A stretch of 64,000 nt of DNA from Caldisericia bacterium. Its GTDB lineage: Bacteria; Caldisericota; Caldisericia; JAAYUI01. Under the pieces are notes generated by a model. The model did no database searches. It was not told where the DNA came from and was given only the letters and a program-made list of their open reading frames with translations. A program made the translations under genes and the position numbers. The DNA lies in NCBI GenBank assembly GCA_963674785.1, contig OY771555.1:2048001-2112000 (forward strand), written 5' to 3'. The first letter of the stretch is position 1. Each line of letters opens with the position of its first letter. Shown here one piece after another: positions 19,519 through 28,646 of the stretch.

Positions 19519-20199
19519 TTATGCTTTATTTGGAAAATAGGGGCTCAAAACCTTTGCGAGGTCTCCTGCACACATGCTCCTGAGCCAAACTTTCCCCGGT
19601 CCTTTGACTTTTGCAAGGAATAATCCCTCTCCGCCAAGAAACATGTTTTTGAATCCCTTAAGTCTTTCAACATCAAACTCAACAGATGATTCAAGTATCG
19701 CAACGTGTCCAGTATCTACCATCAGTACCTCACCATCTGCAAGGTCTTTGACAGTCATTGCACCATCGACTTCAAGGAAAACATCACCTGGGCCAGAGAT
19801 TTTGTTCATTATGAATCCCATTCCACCAAAAAGTCCGGCCATCAATTTTTTTCTGAAGAACATCTCCAACTTAATGTCTTCAGAACCAGCCAGGAATGTA
19901 CCTTTCTGAGCAATTATATGTTGACCTTCTTCAAGTTTCATATGAACAATCTGACCCGGGAATGATGAAACGAAGGCAATTTCATCGTTATTCTCAGTTG
20001 ATGTAAAGGTGTTTACAAATGCACTCTCACCTGCAAGCCCTCTTTTAAAGGCACCCATCAATCCACCCTTCATGCTCGTTTCCATCTTCACACCAGGAGT
20101 CATCCAACTCATTCCACCCGATTCAGACATCATTTTTTCACCTTCTGTCATCTTGCATACAACAACTGGTAACTGACCACCTAAAACTTCAAATTCCAT
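19519..20199 (-). CDS. AIM24 / TIGR00266 family protein
   Basis: ESGGMSWM, LAGESAFVNTF, GLFGGMGFIMNKISGPG, VDTGHVA, GGEGLFLA.VKGPGKVWL; start taken at the ATG after the AGGAG RBS. Confidence 0.92.
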   Translation of the reverse strand: MEFEVLGGQLPVVVCKMTEGEKMMSESGGMSWMTPGVKMETSMKGGLMGAFKRGLAGESAFVNTFTSTENNDEIAFVSSFPGQIVHMKLEEGQHIIAQKGTFLAGSEDIKLEMFFRKKLMAGLFGGMGFIMNKISGPGDVFLEVDGAMTVKDLADGEVLMVDTGHVAILESSVEFDVERLKGFKNMFLGGEGLFLAKVKGPGKVWLRSMCAGDLAKVLSPYFPNKA

Positions 20200-20299
20200 A
20201 AAAGACTCCTTTAAATGTTTTTTTATAATCAAATTCTATCGCTTACCAAAAATATTGCAAACAGTTTTGATTATCTTTTATATGTCTATTTTATTTCAC

Positions 20300-20327
20300 T
20301 TGCCAAAAACTGTTTTTTTGATATATT
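20300..20327 (+). promoter_or_regulatory. Putative sigma-A promoter for panT-coaX-dusB
   Basis: TTGCCA-16 nt-TATATT with TG extended -10. Confidence 0.5.
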
Positions 20328-20335
20328 CCCACTGG

Positions 20336-20398
20336 TGGCATTGTAGAAAACTACAAGCCAAACAAAAAAAGGCTTCTACCAAAATCAGGAGAAGACCT
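20336..20398 (+). ncRNA. Candidate cis-regulatory leader resembling the pan RNA motif (two hairpins with bulged A)
   Basis: Hairpin 1: TGGC-A-TTGTAG-AAAA-CTACAA-GCCA. Hairpin 2: AGG-CTTCT-A-CC-AAAATCA-GG-AGAAG-A-CCT. Both lie in the 5' UTR of pantothenate uptake and kinase genes. Confidence 0.45.
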
Positions 20399-20413
20399 AA
20401 AGGAGTTGAACAG

Positions 20414-21229
20414 ATGTTCAAACTTACAACAAAACAGTTGACTCTCACAGGAGTCTTGGGTGCTCTCATGATAATCATGGGACTTATCGGTGGACTTGTT
20501 CCTGTACCAAATCTTGCAGGCGCAATGACACTTTATCACATCCCCATCATCATCGGTGCAATCGTCTGTGGCCCAACAGTTGGATTCTTGCTTGGAGTTA
20601 TTTTTGCAACGATTCTATTTATCCAAATGGGTGCAGCGTTTCCTCCACACGTTTTGCTTCCTGCAAGAGTTTTAATTGGACCTTTCGCTTGGCTAGCATT
20701 CACCGGAGTAAAAAAGCTCTTTGGTAAAGAAGAAACAATCAAGCCAATTTGGGCATATATAATTGGTGGACTGGTTATTGCTGGGATTTTATTCGTCGGA
20801 ATCAAAACCTTTAATGTTGTTGCACCTGAAGCAATTGCAACCGAGGTCGGTAAAATTGCCAAGTTGAAACCTGAAATTCTCACTCCTCTTCAACAAGGAA
20901 TTCAATCAATCACTCAAGCTTTTAACTCACTGAGTACAAACGGAATCATGTTTACAATTGCTCTTGCATTTGCCTTTGGAATTCCCGGAATCATCACACT
21001 TCTCAAAATGAAAAAAATCAGCACCGCAACATCAGTTGCAGCAGTTGTTGGAACATTAACAAATACAGTAATCACACTTGGGCTTGCCGTAGTATTCGGA
21101 GTTTTCCCATTCGGAGTTGTTGTGAGCATTGCAGCAACAAACGGAGTAATCGAGCTTATTCTAGCTGTTGTTCTTTGCATGGCAATCGTCCCTCCACTTC
21201 TTGAAAGATTTGGCGATAACGCGATTTAA
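20414..21229 (+). CDS. panT: ECF transporter S component, PanT-like (pantothenate)
   Basis: ATG 20414 after AAGGAG. TLYHIPIIIGAI..GP.VG, LLPARVLIG, VGTLTNTV, NGVIELIL; directly upstream of coaX. Confidence 0.8.
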   Translation: MFKLTTKQLTLTGVLGALMIIMGLIGGLVPVPNLAGAMTLYHIPIIIGAIVCGPTVGFLLGVIFATILFIQMGAAFPPHVLLPARVLIGPFAWLAFTGVKKLFGKEETIKPIWAYIIGGLVIAGILFVGIKTFNVVAPEAIATEVGKIAKLKPEILTPLQQGIQSITQAFNSLSTNGIMFTIALAFAFGIPGIITLLKMKKISTATSVAAVVGTLTNTVITLGLAVVFGVFPFGVVVSIAATNGVIELILAVVLCMAIVPPLLERFGDNAI

Positions 21230-21246
21230 GGAAAGCTGGTAAATAA

Positions 21247-22038
21247 ATGAACGGTGGCTCCCTAATTCTTGCTGTAGACTGCGGCAACACAAACATAAAA
21301 TTCGGTGTTTTTGAAGGTTCTGAGCTCAAAAAGCAATTCAGAATCCAAACCGACCCAGCAAAGACATCTGATGAGTACTATGTTATTTTAAGAACTCTTT
21401 TGCTTGCAGATAAAATCGAACCATCAGAATTTCAGGGAGCCATTCTCTCCTCAGTTGTTCCTCCAGTTTTACCACTTCTTGAAAGGGCAATTGAAAAAAC
21501 CCTTGGTCATACTTGTTTAACTGTTCGACCGGGCATCAAAACTGGGGTTGCAATTGCTGCAGAAAACCCAAAAGAACTCGGTTCCGACCTTCTCTGTCTT
21601 GCAGTTGGCGCACACACTCGCCACGAATTGCCAGCGATCATTATCTCGCTTGGAACAGCAACAGCATTTGTTGCTGTTTCTGAAAAAACCGAAATTCTGG
21701 GTGTCGCAATTGCCCCGGGAATTCTTACCGGTGCAAGGTCTCTTGCATCAGGCGCTGCAAAACTTCCAGAAATAGAACTTGCAAAACCAAGCTGTGCCCT
21801 TGGGAAAAATACAATTCAGGCGATGAGATCAGGAATCGTTTATGGTTTTTCCGGGCTTGTTGACCGGGTTTGCATCGAGATGTCAAAAGAGATGAAGAAA
21901 CAACCAATCATAATTGCAACTGGCGGACTTCTGAATATTATCTCTCAAACAACAATATCAATAAACAGGTACGATCCATTCCTTTCACTTTATGGACTTA
22001 AAGCACTCTATGACAAAAACGTGGAAAATAGCAAATAA
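21247..22038 (+). CDS. coaX: Type III pantothenate kinase
   Basis: LAVDCGNTNIKFG, SSVVP, ELGSDL, LGTAT, IAPGI, GKNTIQAMRSG, IATGG. Confidence 0.95.
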   Translation: MNGGSLILAVDCGNTNIKFGVFEGSELKKQFRIQTDPAKTSDEYYVILRTLLLADKIEPSEFQGAILSSVVPPVLPLLERAIEKTLGHTCLTVRPGIKTGVAIAAENPKELGSDLLCLAVGAHTRHELPAIIISLGTATAFVAVSEKTEILGVAIAPGILTGARSLASGAAKLPEIELAKPSCALGKNTIQAMRSGIVYGFSGLVDRVCIEMSKEMKKQPIIIATGGLLNIISQTTISINRYDPFLSLYGLKALYDKNVENSK

Positions 22039-22999
22039 GGAAATTCCAAACAGGGTTATTCTTGCCCCGCTTGCGGGAGTCGGCGACAGAGTTTTCAGGA
22101 AAATCAACAGAAGGCTTGGTGCAGGTCTCATATACACCGAGTTCATCTCTGCTCTTGGGCTTCTCTATAAAAACAAAAAAACTCACAAGATGATTGAGCT
22201 GGGGGACTGGGAAAACCCAGTTACAATCCAGCTTTTCGGAAGAGAACCCCATCATCTTGCAGAGGCTTCCAAACATATCGAACAAACAGGTGCTGACTTT
22301 GTAGACCTCAACTGCGGATGTCCTGAGCCAAAGGTCGTAAAAAATGGCGCTGGTTCAGCACTTTTATCAGAACCAGACAGAATCGCAAGAATCACAGAGG
22401 CAATGGTTAAGGCTGTAAACATCCCCGTCACTGTCAAAATCAGGATGGGACTGACAAAAGACAAACCAATCTACATGGAGCTTTCCAAAATGATTGAAGA
22501 TGCTGGAGCCTCAGCACTTGCAATCAACTGCTGTTTTGCAAGCCAGGGCAGACGTGGCCCATACCACTGGGAGATTCTTAATGAACTGGTTTCTGAGTTG
22601 TCCATTCCTGTTATTGGCAACGGTGGAATCAACACTCCAGAAGACGCTCTTGAAATCATGAAAACAGGTGTGCCTGCTATCATGATTGGAAGGGCTTGTC
22701 TCGGAAACCCGTGGGTATTCAGGCAGATGAACGCTGCACTATCTGGTGAACCAATCCCGGGAGACCCGACAATTGATGAGAGGTTTGCTGTAATGACCGA
22801 ACACCTCACAGAAGAGGTCAAACTTCATGGTGAATACATTGGTATTGCCGAGATGCGTAAGCATTATGCTTGGTATGTTAAAGGTATGCCGGGGGCATCA
22901 ACCTTCAGAGGAAAAGCCGTCAGAGCAAAAACAATGGAGGAGATGTTGGGTTTGCTTGAGGAGTATAGGGAGTATTTACTAAATCCCTCTCATCAATAA
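22010..22999 (+). CDS. dusB: tRNA-dihydrouridine synthase DusB
   Basis: LAPLAGVGD..FR, QLFG, DLNCGCP, GAGSALL, PVTVKIRMG, PVIGNGGI, IGRACLGNPW, MRKHYAWY. Confidence 0.93.
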   Translation: MTKTWKIANKEIPNRVILAPLAGVGDRVFRKINRRLGAGLIYTEFISALGLLYKNKKTHKMIELGDWENPVTIQLFGREPHHLAEASKHIEQTGADFVDLNCGCPEPKVVKNGAGSALLSEPDRIARITEAMVKAVNIPVTVKIRMGLTKDKPIYMELSKMIEDAGASALAINCCFASQGRRGPYHWEILNELVSELSIPVIGNGGINTPEDALEIMKTGVPAIMIGRACLGNPWVFRQMNAALSGEPIPGDPTIDERFAVMTEHLTEEVKLHGEYIGIAEMRKHYAWYVKGMPGASTFRGKAVRAKTMEEMLGLLEEYREYLLNPSHQ

Positions 23000-23085
23000 T
23001 TAAAAGTTCTACTTAAGTATTGTTACAGTTTTTTACAATTTGCAAAATCCAAAACATTTAATTATTATAATTTTTGGAGGTTGTA

Positions 23086-24909
23086 ATGAATAAATCAACT
23101 GAAGTTATCAAATCACCTGAAGTAAAGGCTTCTGATCTAACCATCAAGGGAGTGTTTCAAAGCTTCTATATTATTCCAGAATACCAACGAGAATACGTTT
23201 GGTGTACAGAAAATGTTGAGTTATTGCTATCTGATACTTTTGATACTTTGATTGAATCGAGCGGTGACGAGAAAGATGAGTATTTCATTGGAAGCATCGT
23301 TGTTGTAAAGGATAAGAAGTCAAATTTTCTTGTGATCGATGGGCAGCAGAGGCTAATCACAATTTTTCTTATTTTTTGCGCAATCAGAGATTATTTCAAA
23401 AAACTAGGGAAGGAAAGACCAATAAGCATGATTGAAAAGCTACTTTTCGAAGACCGTCCTGATGATACTGGTTTGGAGAAGATTAATACATTTAGAATCA
23501 AAGTAAATTTTGATGAAACTCAAAAAGTTCTTGAAGCAATAGGCAAAGGAGAAAGTCTAAAAGAATCTATAAAGAAGATTGAACCATTGTCTGAATCAGA
23601 AGAAAAGATCATCAATGCTTATGAGACTGCTTTAGATTTCATAAATGAAAAAAATGATATCAATCTTATTGGTAGATATTGGAAGTATTTAAGCGAGAAA
23701 GTAAAACTGATAAGGATTAATACGGACAATACACAAAATGCAGTAAAAGTTTTTGCCACAATTAATGACCGAGGTCTCGCCCTAGGTCCGGTTAACCTAA
23801 TAAGAAATCTAATTTTTAGCAATGCACAAGATGGTGATTTTGAAAAAATTAAAGATATATGGAAGAAGTTTTCTGAGATTTTATGGAAATCAAAAGAAGC
23901 TCCATTGAGATTTATGAGGTATTACGTATTATCAAACTACAATATCACTCCAAAGGATATCCCAAGACGAGATTCAGTTTACAGCTGGTTTAATAATCAT
24001 TCTGAGCTAATAGGATTAAAAAACAACCCAATAAGTTTTGCTGAAAAGTTATTAGAGCAAGCTCATTTTTGGGATCTCTATGTAAACAGTAAATCTAATG
24101 ATGGGTCCGAAAATGAATTTCTAGAAAATGTTAAAATTATGGGGAACAATACATTCAGACATCATTTTATCCTACTATTAGCTGCAAGAAAATTAGAAAA
24201 AAATCTGTTTGAAAAACTAACACAATCAATCGAAAATCTTATCTTTGTCTACGAAATAACTGGAATCCGATCAAATACAAGAGAGAAAGAGTTTATTTCA
24301 ATTGGAAACAGTTTAAGAAAAGTCACAAATAGCGAGTCTTTTTTTAAATTTTTAGATGAAGGTATTGCAAGGAGAATTAATGAGAATAAACTAAGTTTTG
24401 AAAATAAGTTCAAAGAATTACGCTATATGGAAACTCCTATAAAACAAGCATACAAAATGAAGTATATATTGTCCAAACTCTCTCAGCATCTTGATGATTG
24501 TGCAGGAAAAGGAAAAAGCAAAATCTCAGACTATTTTTCCAAATACTCGATAGAACATATTCTCCCTTCTTCAGTTGCAAAAGGACAAAACCCACAATGG
24601 AAGTTTGACAAAAAAGAGCAAATAAATGATTATGTCAACCATATAGGGAATCTAACTCTACTTGAAACAAATCTCAATTCCTCCGCTAGCGATAAACTCT
24701 TTGAAAAAAAACAGACTGAATATTACAGTGAATCGGCTTCCTTTTTAACAAGACTACTGGGGGGAAAGAAAACAATTGGTGAAAACACCAAGTGGAATAA
24801 AACATTTAAAAGGTATTATTTTGATATCTCTAATTGGGATTCTGTAACGATCAAAAAAAGAGCTGAAAAAATATCAAGATTAGCTTCAAAAGTTTGGTGT
24901 GAAATCTAA
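23086..24909 (+). CDS. DUF262 + DUF1524 (HNH) GmrSD/SspE-like modification-dependent nuclease
   Basis: IPEYQREYVW, YFIGSIV, IDGQQRL, FATINDRGLAL (DUF262); SIEHILP...IGNLTLL...LNS (DUF1524). ATG after GGAGG. Confidence 0.9.
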   Translation: MNKSTEVIKSPEVKASDLTIKGVFQSFYIIPEYQREYVWCTENVELLLSDTFDTLIESSGDEKDEYFIGSIVVVKDKKSNFLVIDGQQRLITIFLIFCAIRDYFKKLGKERPISMIEKLLFEDRPDDTGLEKINTFRIKVNFDETQKVLEAIGKGESLKESIKKIEPLSESEEKIINAYETALDFINEKNDINLIGRYWKYLSEKVKLIRINTDNTQNAVKVFATINDRGLALGPVNLIRNLIFSNAQDGDFEKIKDIWKKFSEILWKSKEAPLRFMRYYVLSNYNITPKDIPRRDSVYSWFNNHSELIGLKNNPISFAEKLLEQAHFWDLYVNSKSNDGSENEFLENVKIMGNNTFRHHFILLLAARKLEKNLFEKLTQSIENLIFVYEITGIRSNTREKEFISIGNSLRKVTNSESFFKFLDEGIARRINENKLSFENKFKELRYMETPIKQAYKMKYILSKLSQHLDDCAGKGKSKISDYFSKYSIEHILPSSVAKGQNPQWKFDKKEQINDYVNHIGNLTLLETNLNSSASDKLFEKKQTEYYSESASFLTRLLGGKKTIGENTKWNKTFKRYYFDISNWDSVTIKKRAEKISRLASKVWCEI

Positions 24910-24948
24910 ATCGCCGGCTCCACCCAGTGAAACCAGCGATTTAGATTT
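24902..24948 (-). terminator. Long hairpin between convergent genes, likely the terminator of the minus-strand operon
   Basis: AAATCTAAATCGC...GCGATTTAGATTT inverted repeat. The inner part pairs fully, through G-U pairs, only in the minus-strand RNA. Confidence 0.72.
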
Positions 24949-24973
24949 TTATTTGGATTATTAATTTGTGAGA

Positions 24974-25732
24974 TTACTTCTTCAACAAATCCCCGATCAC
25001 ATCTTTAATCTGCAATTCTGCAGGGGTTGTGCCTTTTGGTGGGATGAGATAGCTCTGTTCCATGACAAGCCCAACTGTAAATGGAAGTTTTTTGGAAAAC
25101 ATGAATGAAAGAAGATCTGTTGTGTAGTCATCGATTCCTTCGGGAATCTCAAACTGAAGAGCGTTATCCTGAATAGGTATTGGAATCACCATCTCTGAAA
25201 ATTCTTTTCCATCAACAAACATTGTAAGAGTCAAAGGATTGTCAGGTGTCGCATTTGCTGTATAGGCTGAAAGTTTTGTGCCAGCTTCAGAACTCAGCCC
25301 AACATATAACCCAAGGGATTCCATCTGATCATCAAAATATATTGATCTTACCGCTTCAATCTCTTCAGATTCAGCAATTGGACTATCTGCACCCTTCTCC
25401 TTGATGACGATATTCAATGGAGTGATAAGCAGAGAGGCGATCATATCAGGATCGTGTGCACCAGTGATTTCGACGATTGCTTTCCTCCCACCTTCTTGAA
25501 CTTGGAAGATTCGCATGTCGGCGAAATCATAGATTCTTGCTTCGTAAACATCTTTAAGCTCACTCCAATCAAAATCTGTTGCCTCTGGTGGGACTGTTAG
25601 AGTAAGGTGTGTGAAGGAATAGATGTTTGTTGTTTCTGATTCTCTTTTGCAACTTGAGCTTGAAAAAAAGAAAAATACACCAACGATCAAAAGAAAGACT
25701 ATACAAATCGTAATAACTACATTTTTACTCAT
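24974..25732 (-). CDS. Membrane-anchored protein resembling the isolated P1 domain of SecD/SecDF
   Basis: One N-terminal TM, then YEARI...QEGGRKAIVEITGAHDPD...GTKLSAYTAN...LTMFVDGKEFSEMVIPIPI; no multi-TM region. Confidence 0.6.
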   Translation of the reverse strand: MSKNVVITICIVFLLIVGVFFFFSSSSCKRESETTNIYSFTHLTLTVPPEATDFDWSELKDVYEARIYDFADMRIFQVQEGGRKAIVEITGAHDPDMIASLLITPLNIVIKEKGADSPIAESEEIEAVRSIYFDDQMESLGLYVGLSSEAGTKLSAYTANATPDNPLTLTMFVDGKEFSEMVIPIPIQDNALQFEIPEGIDDYTTDLLSFMFSKKLPFTVGLVMEQSYLIPPKGTTPAELQIKDVIGDLLKK

Positions 25733-25738
25733 AAATTC

Positions 25739-26158
25739 CTACTCCTGCTCCAGTTCAAGCAAAACTCCACCGGTTGATTTTGGATGTACAAATGCTATTG
25801 GTTTTCCTGCTGCACCAATTCGAGGTTCATTATCGATCATTCTGATTTCTTTGTTTTTAAATTCTGAAATCTTTTCTGGAACGTCGGCTACCTCAATACA
25901 CATGTGGTGAATTCCCTGACCTTTTTTCTCCATGTATTTTGCAATTGGTGAATCATCAGAGGTTGGCTCAAGCAGCTCAACAACAAGACCATTGTAGACC
26001 ATTTTTGCAACTTTTACTTTCTGCTCTTCGACAACACCCTCATGCTCACAGACAAACCCAAGAGCTTCCCAGGTTTTCTTGCTTTCCTCAATATCTTTTA
26101 CGGCTACTCCAATATGTGAAAGTCCACTCATTTTTGCTATTTTCTCCTTGTCACCCAT
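25739..26158 (-). CDS. mce: Methylmalonyl-CoA epimerase
   Basis: HIGVAV, EEQKVKVA, ELLEPT...SPIAKY, GQGIHH, GAAGKPIAFVHPKSTGGVLLEL; TAATG coupling to the mutase stop. Confidence 0.95.
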   Translation of the reverse strand: MGDKEKIAKMSGLSHIGVAVKDIEESKKTWEALGFVCEHEGVVEEQKVKVAKMVYNGLVVELLEPTSDDSPIAKYMEKKGQGIHHMCIEVADVPEKISEFKNKEIRMIDNEPRIGAAGKPIAFVHPKSTGGVLLELEQE

Positions 26159-27720
26159 TAACCAGCGGTGTATTCTCCCCAAAGCTCACGCATGAGACCA
26201 CAGATGTCACCGAGTGTCGCGTCAGCATCCACACACTCAATGATTGGATCCATGAGGTTTCCTGAACCCTTACAAACTTCTTTGAGATTTTCAAGTGATT
26301 CTTGAAGTTTTTTCTGATCTCTGCCATCTTTGAATTTTTTAAGTTCAGCGGCTCTGATGTCTTCATCGAGTCCAGCGCGGGGTGTGTCATCCATTGGGGG
26401 TTCTTCGGTTTGGAACTTGTTTACACCAACAACAACCTGGTCGCCGGATTCGACATCCATCTGATATTTGTAGGCGGATTTTGCAATTTCACTCTGGAAA
26501 TATCCCATCTCAAATGCTTTGAGGGTTCCACCAATTCTATTGATTCTGTCGAGGTAATCATAAACCTCTTTTTCAATTTTGTCTGTGAGCGACTCCACAT
26601 AGTATGAACCCGCAAGCGGGTCAACAGCATCTGTGACACCTGATTCAAAGGCAATCAGCTGCTGGGTTCTAAGAGCGATTGTTACAGACTCTTCAGTTGG
26701 AAGTGAGAGTGCCTCATCGTATGAGTTTGTGTGTAAACTCTGTGTTCCACCAAGAGCTGCTGCAAGTGCTTGGAATGCAACACGGATGATGTTATTTTTT
26801 GGTTGCTGTGCTGTGAGTGTTGAGCCACCGGTTTGTGTGTGGAATCTGAGAAGATATGATTTTGAATTCTCGGCGTTGTATTTTTCTTTCATCATCTTTG
26901 ACCAGATTCTTCTTGCGGCTCTAAATTTTGCGACTTCCTCAAGAAGATTGTTGTGGGAAGCAAAGAAGAACGAGAGTCTTGGTGCAAACTTGTCAACTGG
27001 AATTCCGCGACTGATGAGCTCATCAACATAAGCGAAAGCATCAGCAAACGTGAAAGCTAATTCCTGGGCTGTTGTTGAACCTGCCTCTCTGATATGGTAA
27101 CCAGAGATGGAAATAGTATTGAATTTTGGTAAGTGATTTGAAGCATATTCAATAAGATCACAGTTGAGCCTCATTGATGGTTCAACTGGATAGATGTAGT
27201 TTCCACGAGCAACGAACTCTTTGAGAATATCATTTTGCACAGTTCCTCTGATATTTGCAACGTTTCCACCCTGTTCTTTTGCGACTCTCATATACATGGC
27301 AAGAATCACTGTAGCAGATGCATTTATTGTCATTGATGTTGAAACATCCTCAAGTGGAATACCATTGAAAAGCTGTCTCATATCATCGATTGTTGAAACA
27401 GCAACTCCAACTTTTCCAACCTCACCTGAACTCATCTCGTGGTCAGAGTCATAACCCATCTGGGTTGGAAGGTCGAATGCTGTGGAAAGACCAGTTTGAC
27501 CTTTTTTCAGGAGAAGTTTAAAACGTTCGTTTGTTTCTTTTGCAGACGAAAATCCAGCATACTGCCTCATCGTCCAGAAACGACCGGTCGTATACATGGA
27601 AGGATAAACACCCCTTGTATATGGATAAGCTCCGGGATCATTCAGTTTCTCTTTATAGTCAAAACCACTCAGATCATCTGGGTTATAAAATGCTTTTTTT
27701 TCTTCGTCACTCATATCCAT
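26158..27720 (-). CDS. Methylmalonyl-CoA mutase, substrate-binding large subunit (no B12-binding domain)
   Basis: PGAYPYTRG, WTMRQYAGF (Tyr, as in MCM rather than the Phe of isobutyryl-CoA mutase), GLSTAFDLPTQMGYD, GTVQNDILKE, SISGYHIREAG, QSLHTN; no DxHxxG motif. Confidence 0.93.
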   Translation of the reverse strand: MDMSDEEKKAFYNPDDLSGFDYKEKLNDPGAYPYTRGVYPSMYTTGRFWTMRQYAGFSSAKETNERFKLLLKKGQTGLSTAFDLPTQMGYDSDHEMSSGEVGKVGVAVSTIDDMRQLFNGIPLEDVSTSMTINASATVILAMYMRVAKEQGGNVANIRGTVQNDILKEFVARGNYIYPVEPSMRLNCDLIEYASNHLPKFNTISISGYHIREAGSTTAQELAFTFADAFAYVDELISRGIPVDKFAPRLSFFFASHNNLLEEVAKFRAARRIWSKMMKEKYNAENSKSYLLRFHTQTGGSTLTAQQPKNNIIRVAFQALAAALGGTQSLHTNSYDEALSLPTEESVTIALRTQQLIAFESGVTDAVDPLAGSYYVESLTDKIEKEVYDYLDRINRIGGTLKAFEMGYFQSEIAKSAYKYQMDVESGDQVVVGVNKFQTEEPPMDDTPRAGLDEDIRAAELKKFKDGRDQKKLQESLENLKEVCKGSGNLMDPIIECVDADATLGDICGLMRELWGEYTAG

Positions 27721-28646
27721 TCTCCTGACTCATTTCTTATCTTTTTTGTATCAGTTGTAATCTGGCCAATAAGCTCATCTCTATTTTCAAACTTGATTTG
27801 CCCTCTAATCATTTTCACAAATTCTATCTCAATTTCCTCATTATAACAGTCATCACTGTAGTCAAGCAAGTGTGCCTCAATACTCCTGTGGTCATCATCA
27901 AAAGTTGGTCTATTTCCAATGGAGACTGCTGATATATACTTGCTGCCTCTTACCTTTACAATACAACCATACACACCATTTACAGGAATAAGTTTGTGTT
28001 TAGATAAAATAGAAATATTAGCTGTTGGATAACCAAGTGTCTTTCCGACACCAGCACCACAGATTACAGTACCAGTTAAAGAGTAATTTCTTCCCAGCAT
28101 TCGATTTGCCGATTCTAAATCACCCGAATTTAGGAGGCAATCTCTTATTCGTGTTGACGAAATAGGCTTATCACCGAATACCTGGGAAGGCATAATCATC
28201 ACGGGTATTTCATGTTCTGATAAAATCTTCTCAAGAATATCTGGGTTTCCAGAGCCACCAACACCAAACCTGAATCCTGGTCCAACAATCACTTTTTTTG
28301 CATTCAATCTTTTTATTAGTATCTCAGAAGCAAAATCCTCTGGAGAAAGGTTTTTCAACCAATCAGTGAACTCAACCATAAAAACTCTCTGAATTCCCAT
28401 TTCAAAGAGAAGTTCACATTTCTCTTTTCTTGTTGTAAGATAACCTCTTGTTGGAATACTTTTTGTATACAGGGGACCATTAAATGTGAAAACTGATGGC
28501 ACAAGTTTTTTTTCTTCAGAAGTCTGCAACGCCTTATTTATAAGCTCTTTATGAGCGATGTGCACTCCATCAAAATACCCGAGAATAAAACATCCATTTT
28601 CAGTCGATTTTAAATCTTTTGGATCACCAACCCAAAGATTGCTCAT
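27711..28646 (-). CDS. ribF: Riboflavin kinase / FAD synthetase
   Basis: GYFDGVHIAH, FRFG, ISSTRIR, LGYPTAN, GNRPTF, IEAHLLD. Confidence 0.96.
   Translation of the reverse strand: MSNLWVGDPKDLKSTENGCFILGYFDGVHIAHKELINKALQTSEEKKLVPSVFTFNGPLYTKSIPTRGYLTTRKEKCELLFEMGIQRVFMVEFTDWLKNLSPEDFASEILIKRLNAKKVIVGPGFRFGVGGSGNPDILEKILSEHEIPVMIMPSQVFGDKPISSTRIRDCLLNSGDLESANRMLGRNYSLTGTVICGAGVGKTLGYPTANISILSKHKLIPVNGVYGCIVKVRGSKYISAVSIGNRPTFDDDHRSIEAHLLDYSDDCYNEEIEIEFVKMIRGQIKFENRDELIGQITTDTKKIRNESGEWI

Noticed and set aside
20255-20413. 53-aa N-terminal extension of the S-component ORF
   Set aside because: Covers the promoter and leader hairpins; a strong RBS precedes ATG 20414.
23000-24973. Dus-associated integrative element or prophage
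   Set aside because: No integrase, att-like direct repeats or other cargo seen; only one gene.
26158-27720. Isobutyryl-CoA mutase or other acyl-CoA mutase
   Set aside because: RQYAGF has the Tyr typical of methylmalonyl-CoA mutase, and mce is adjacent.
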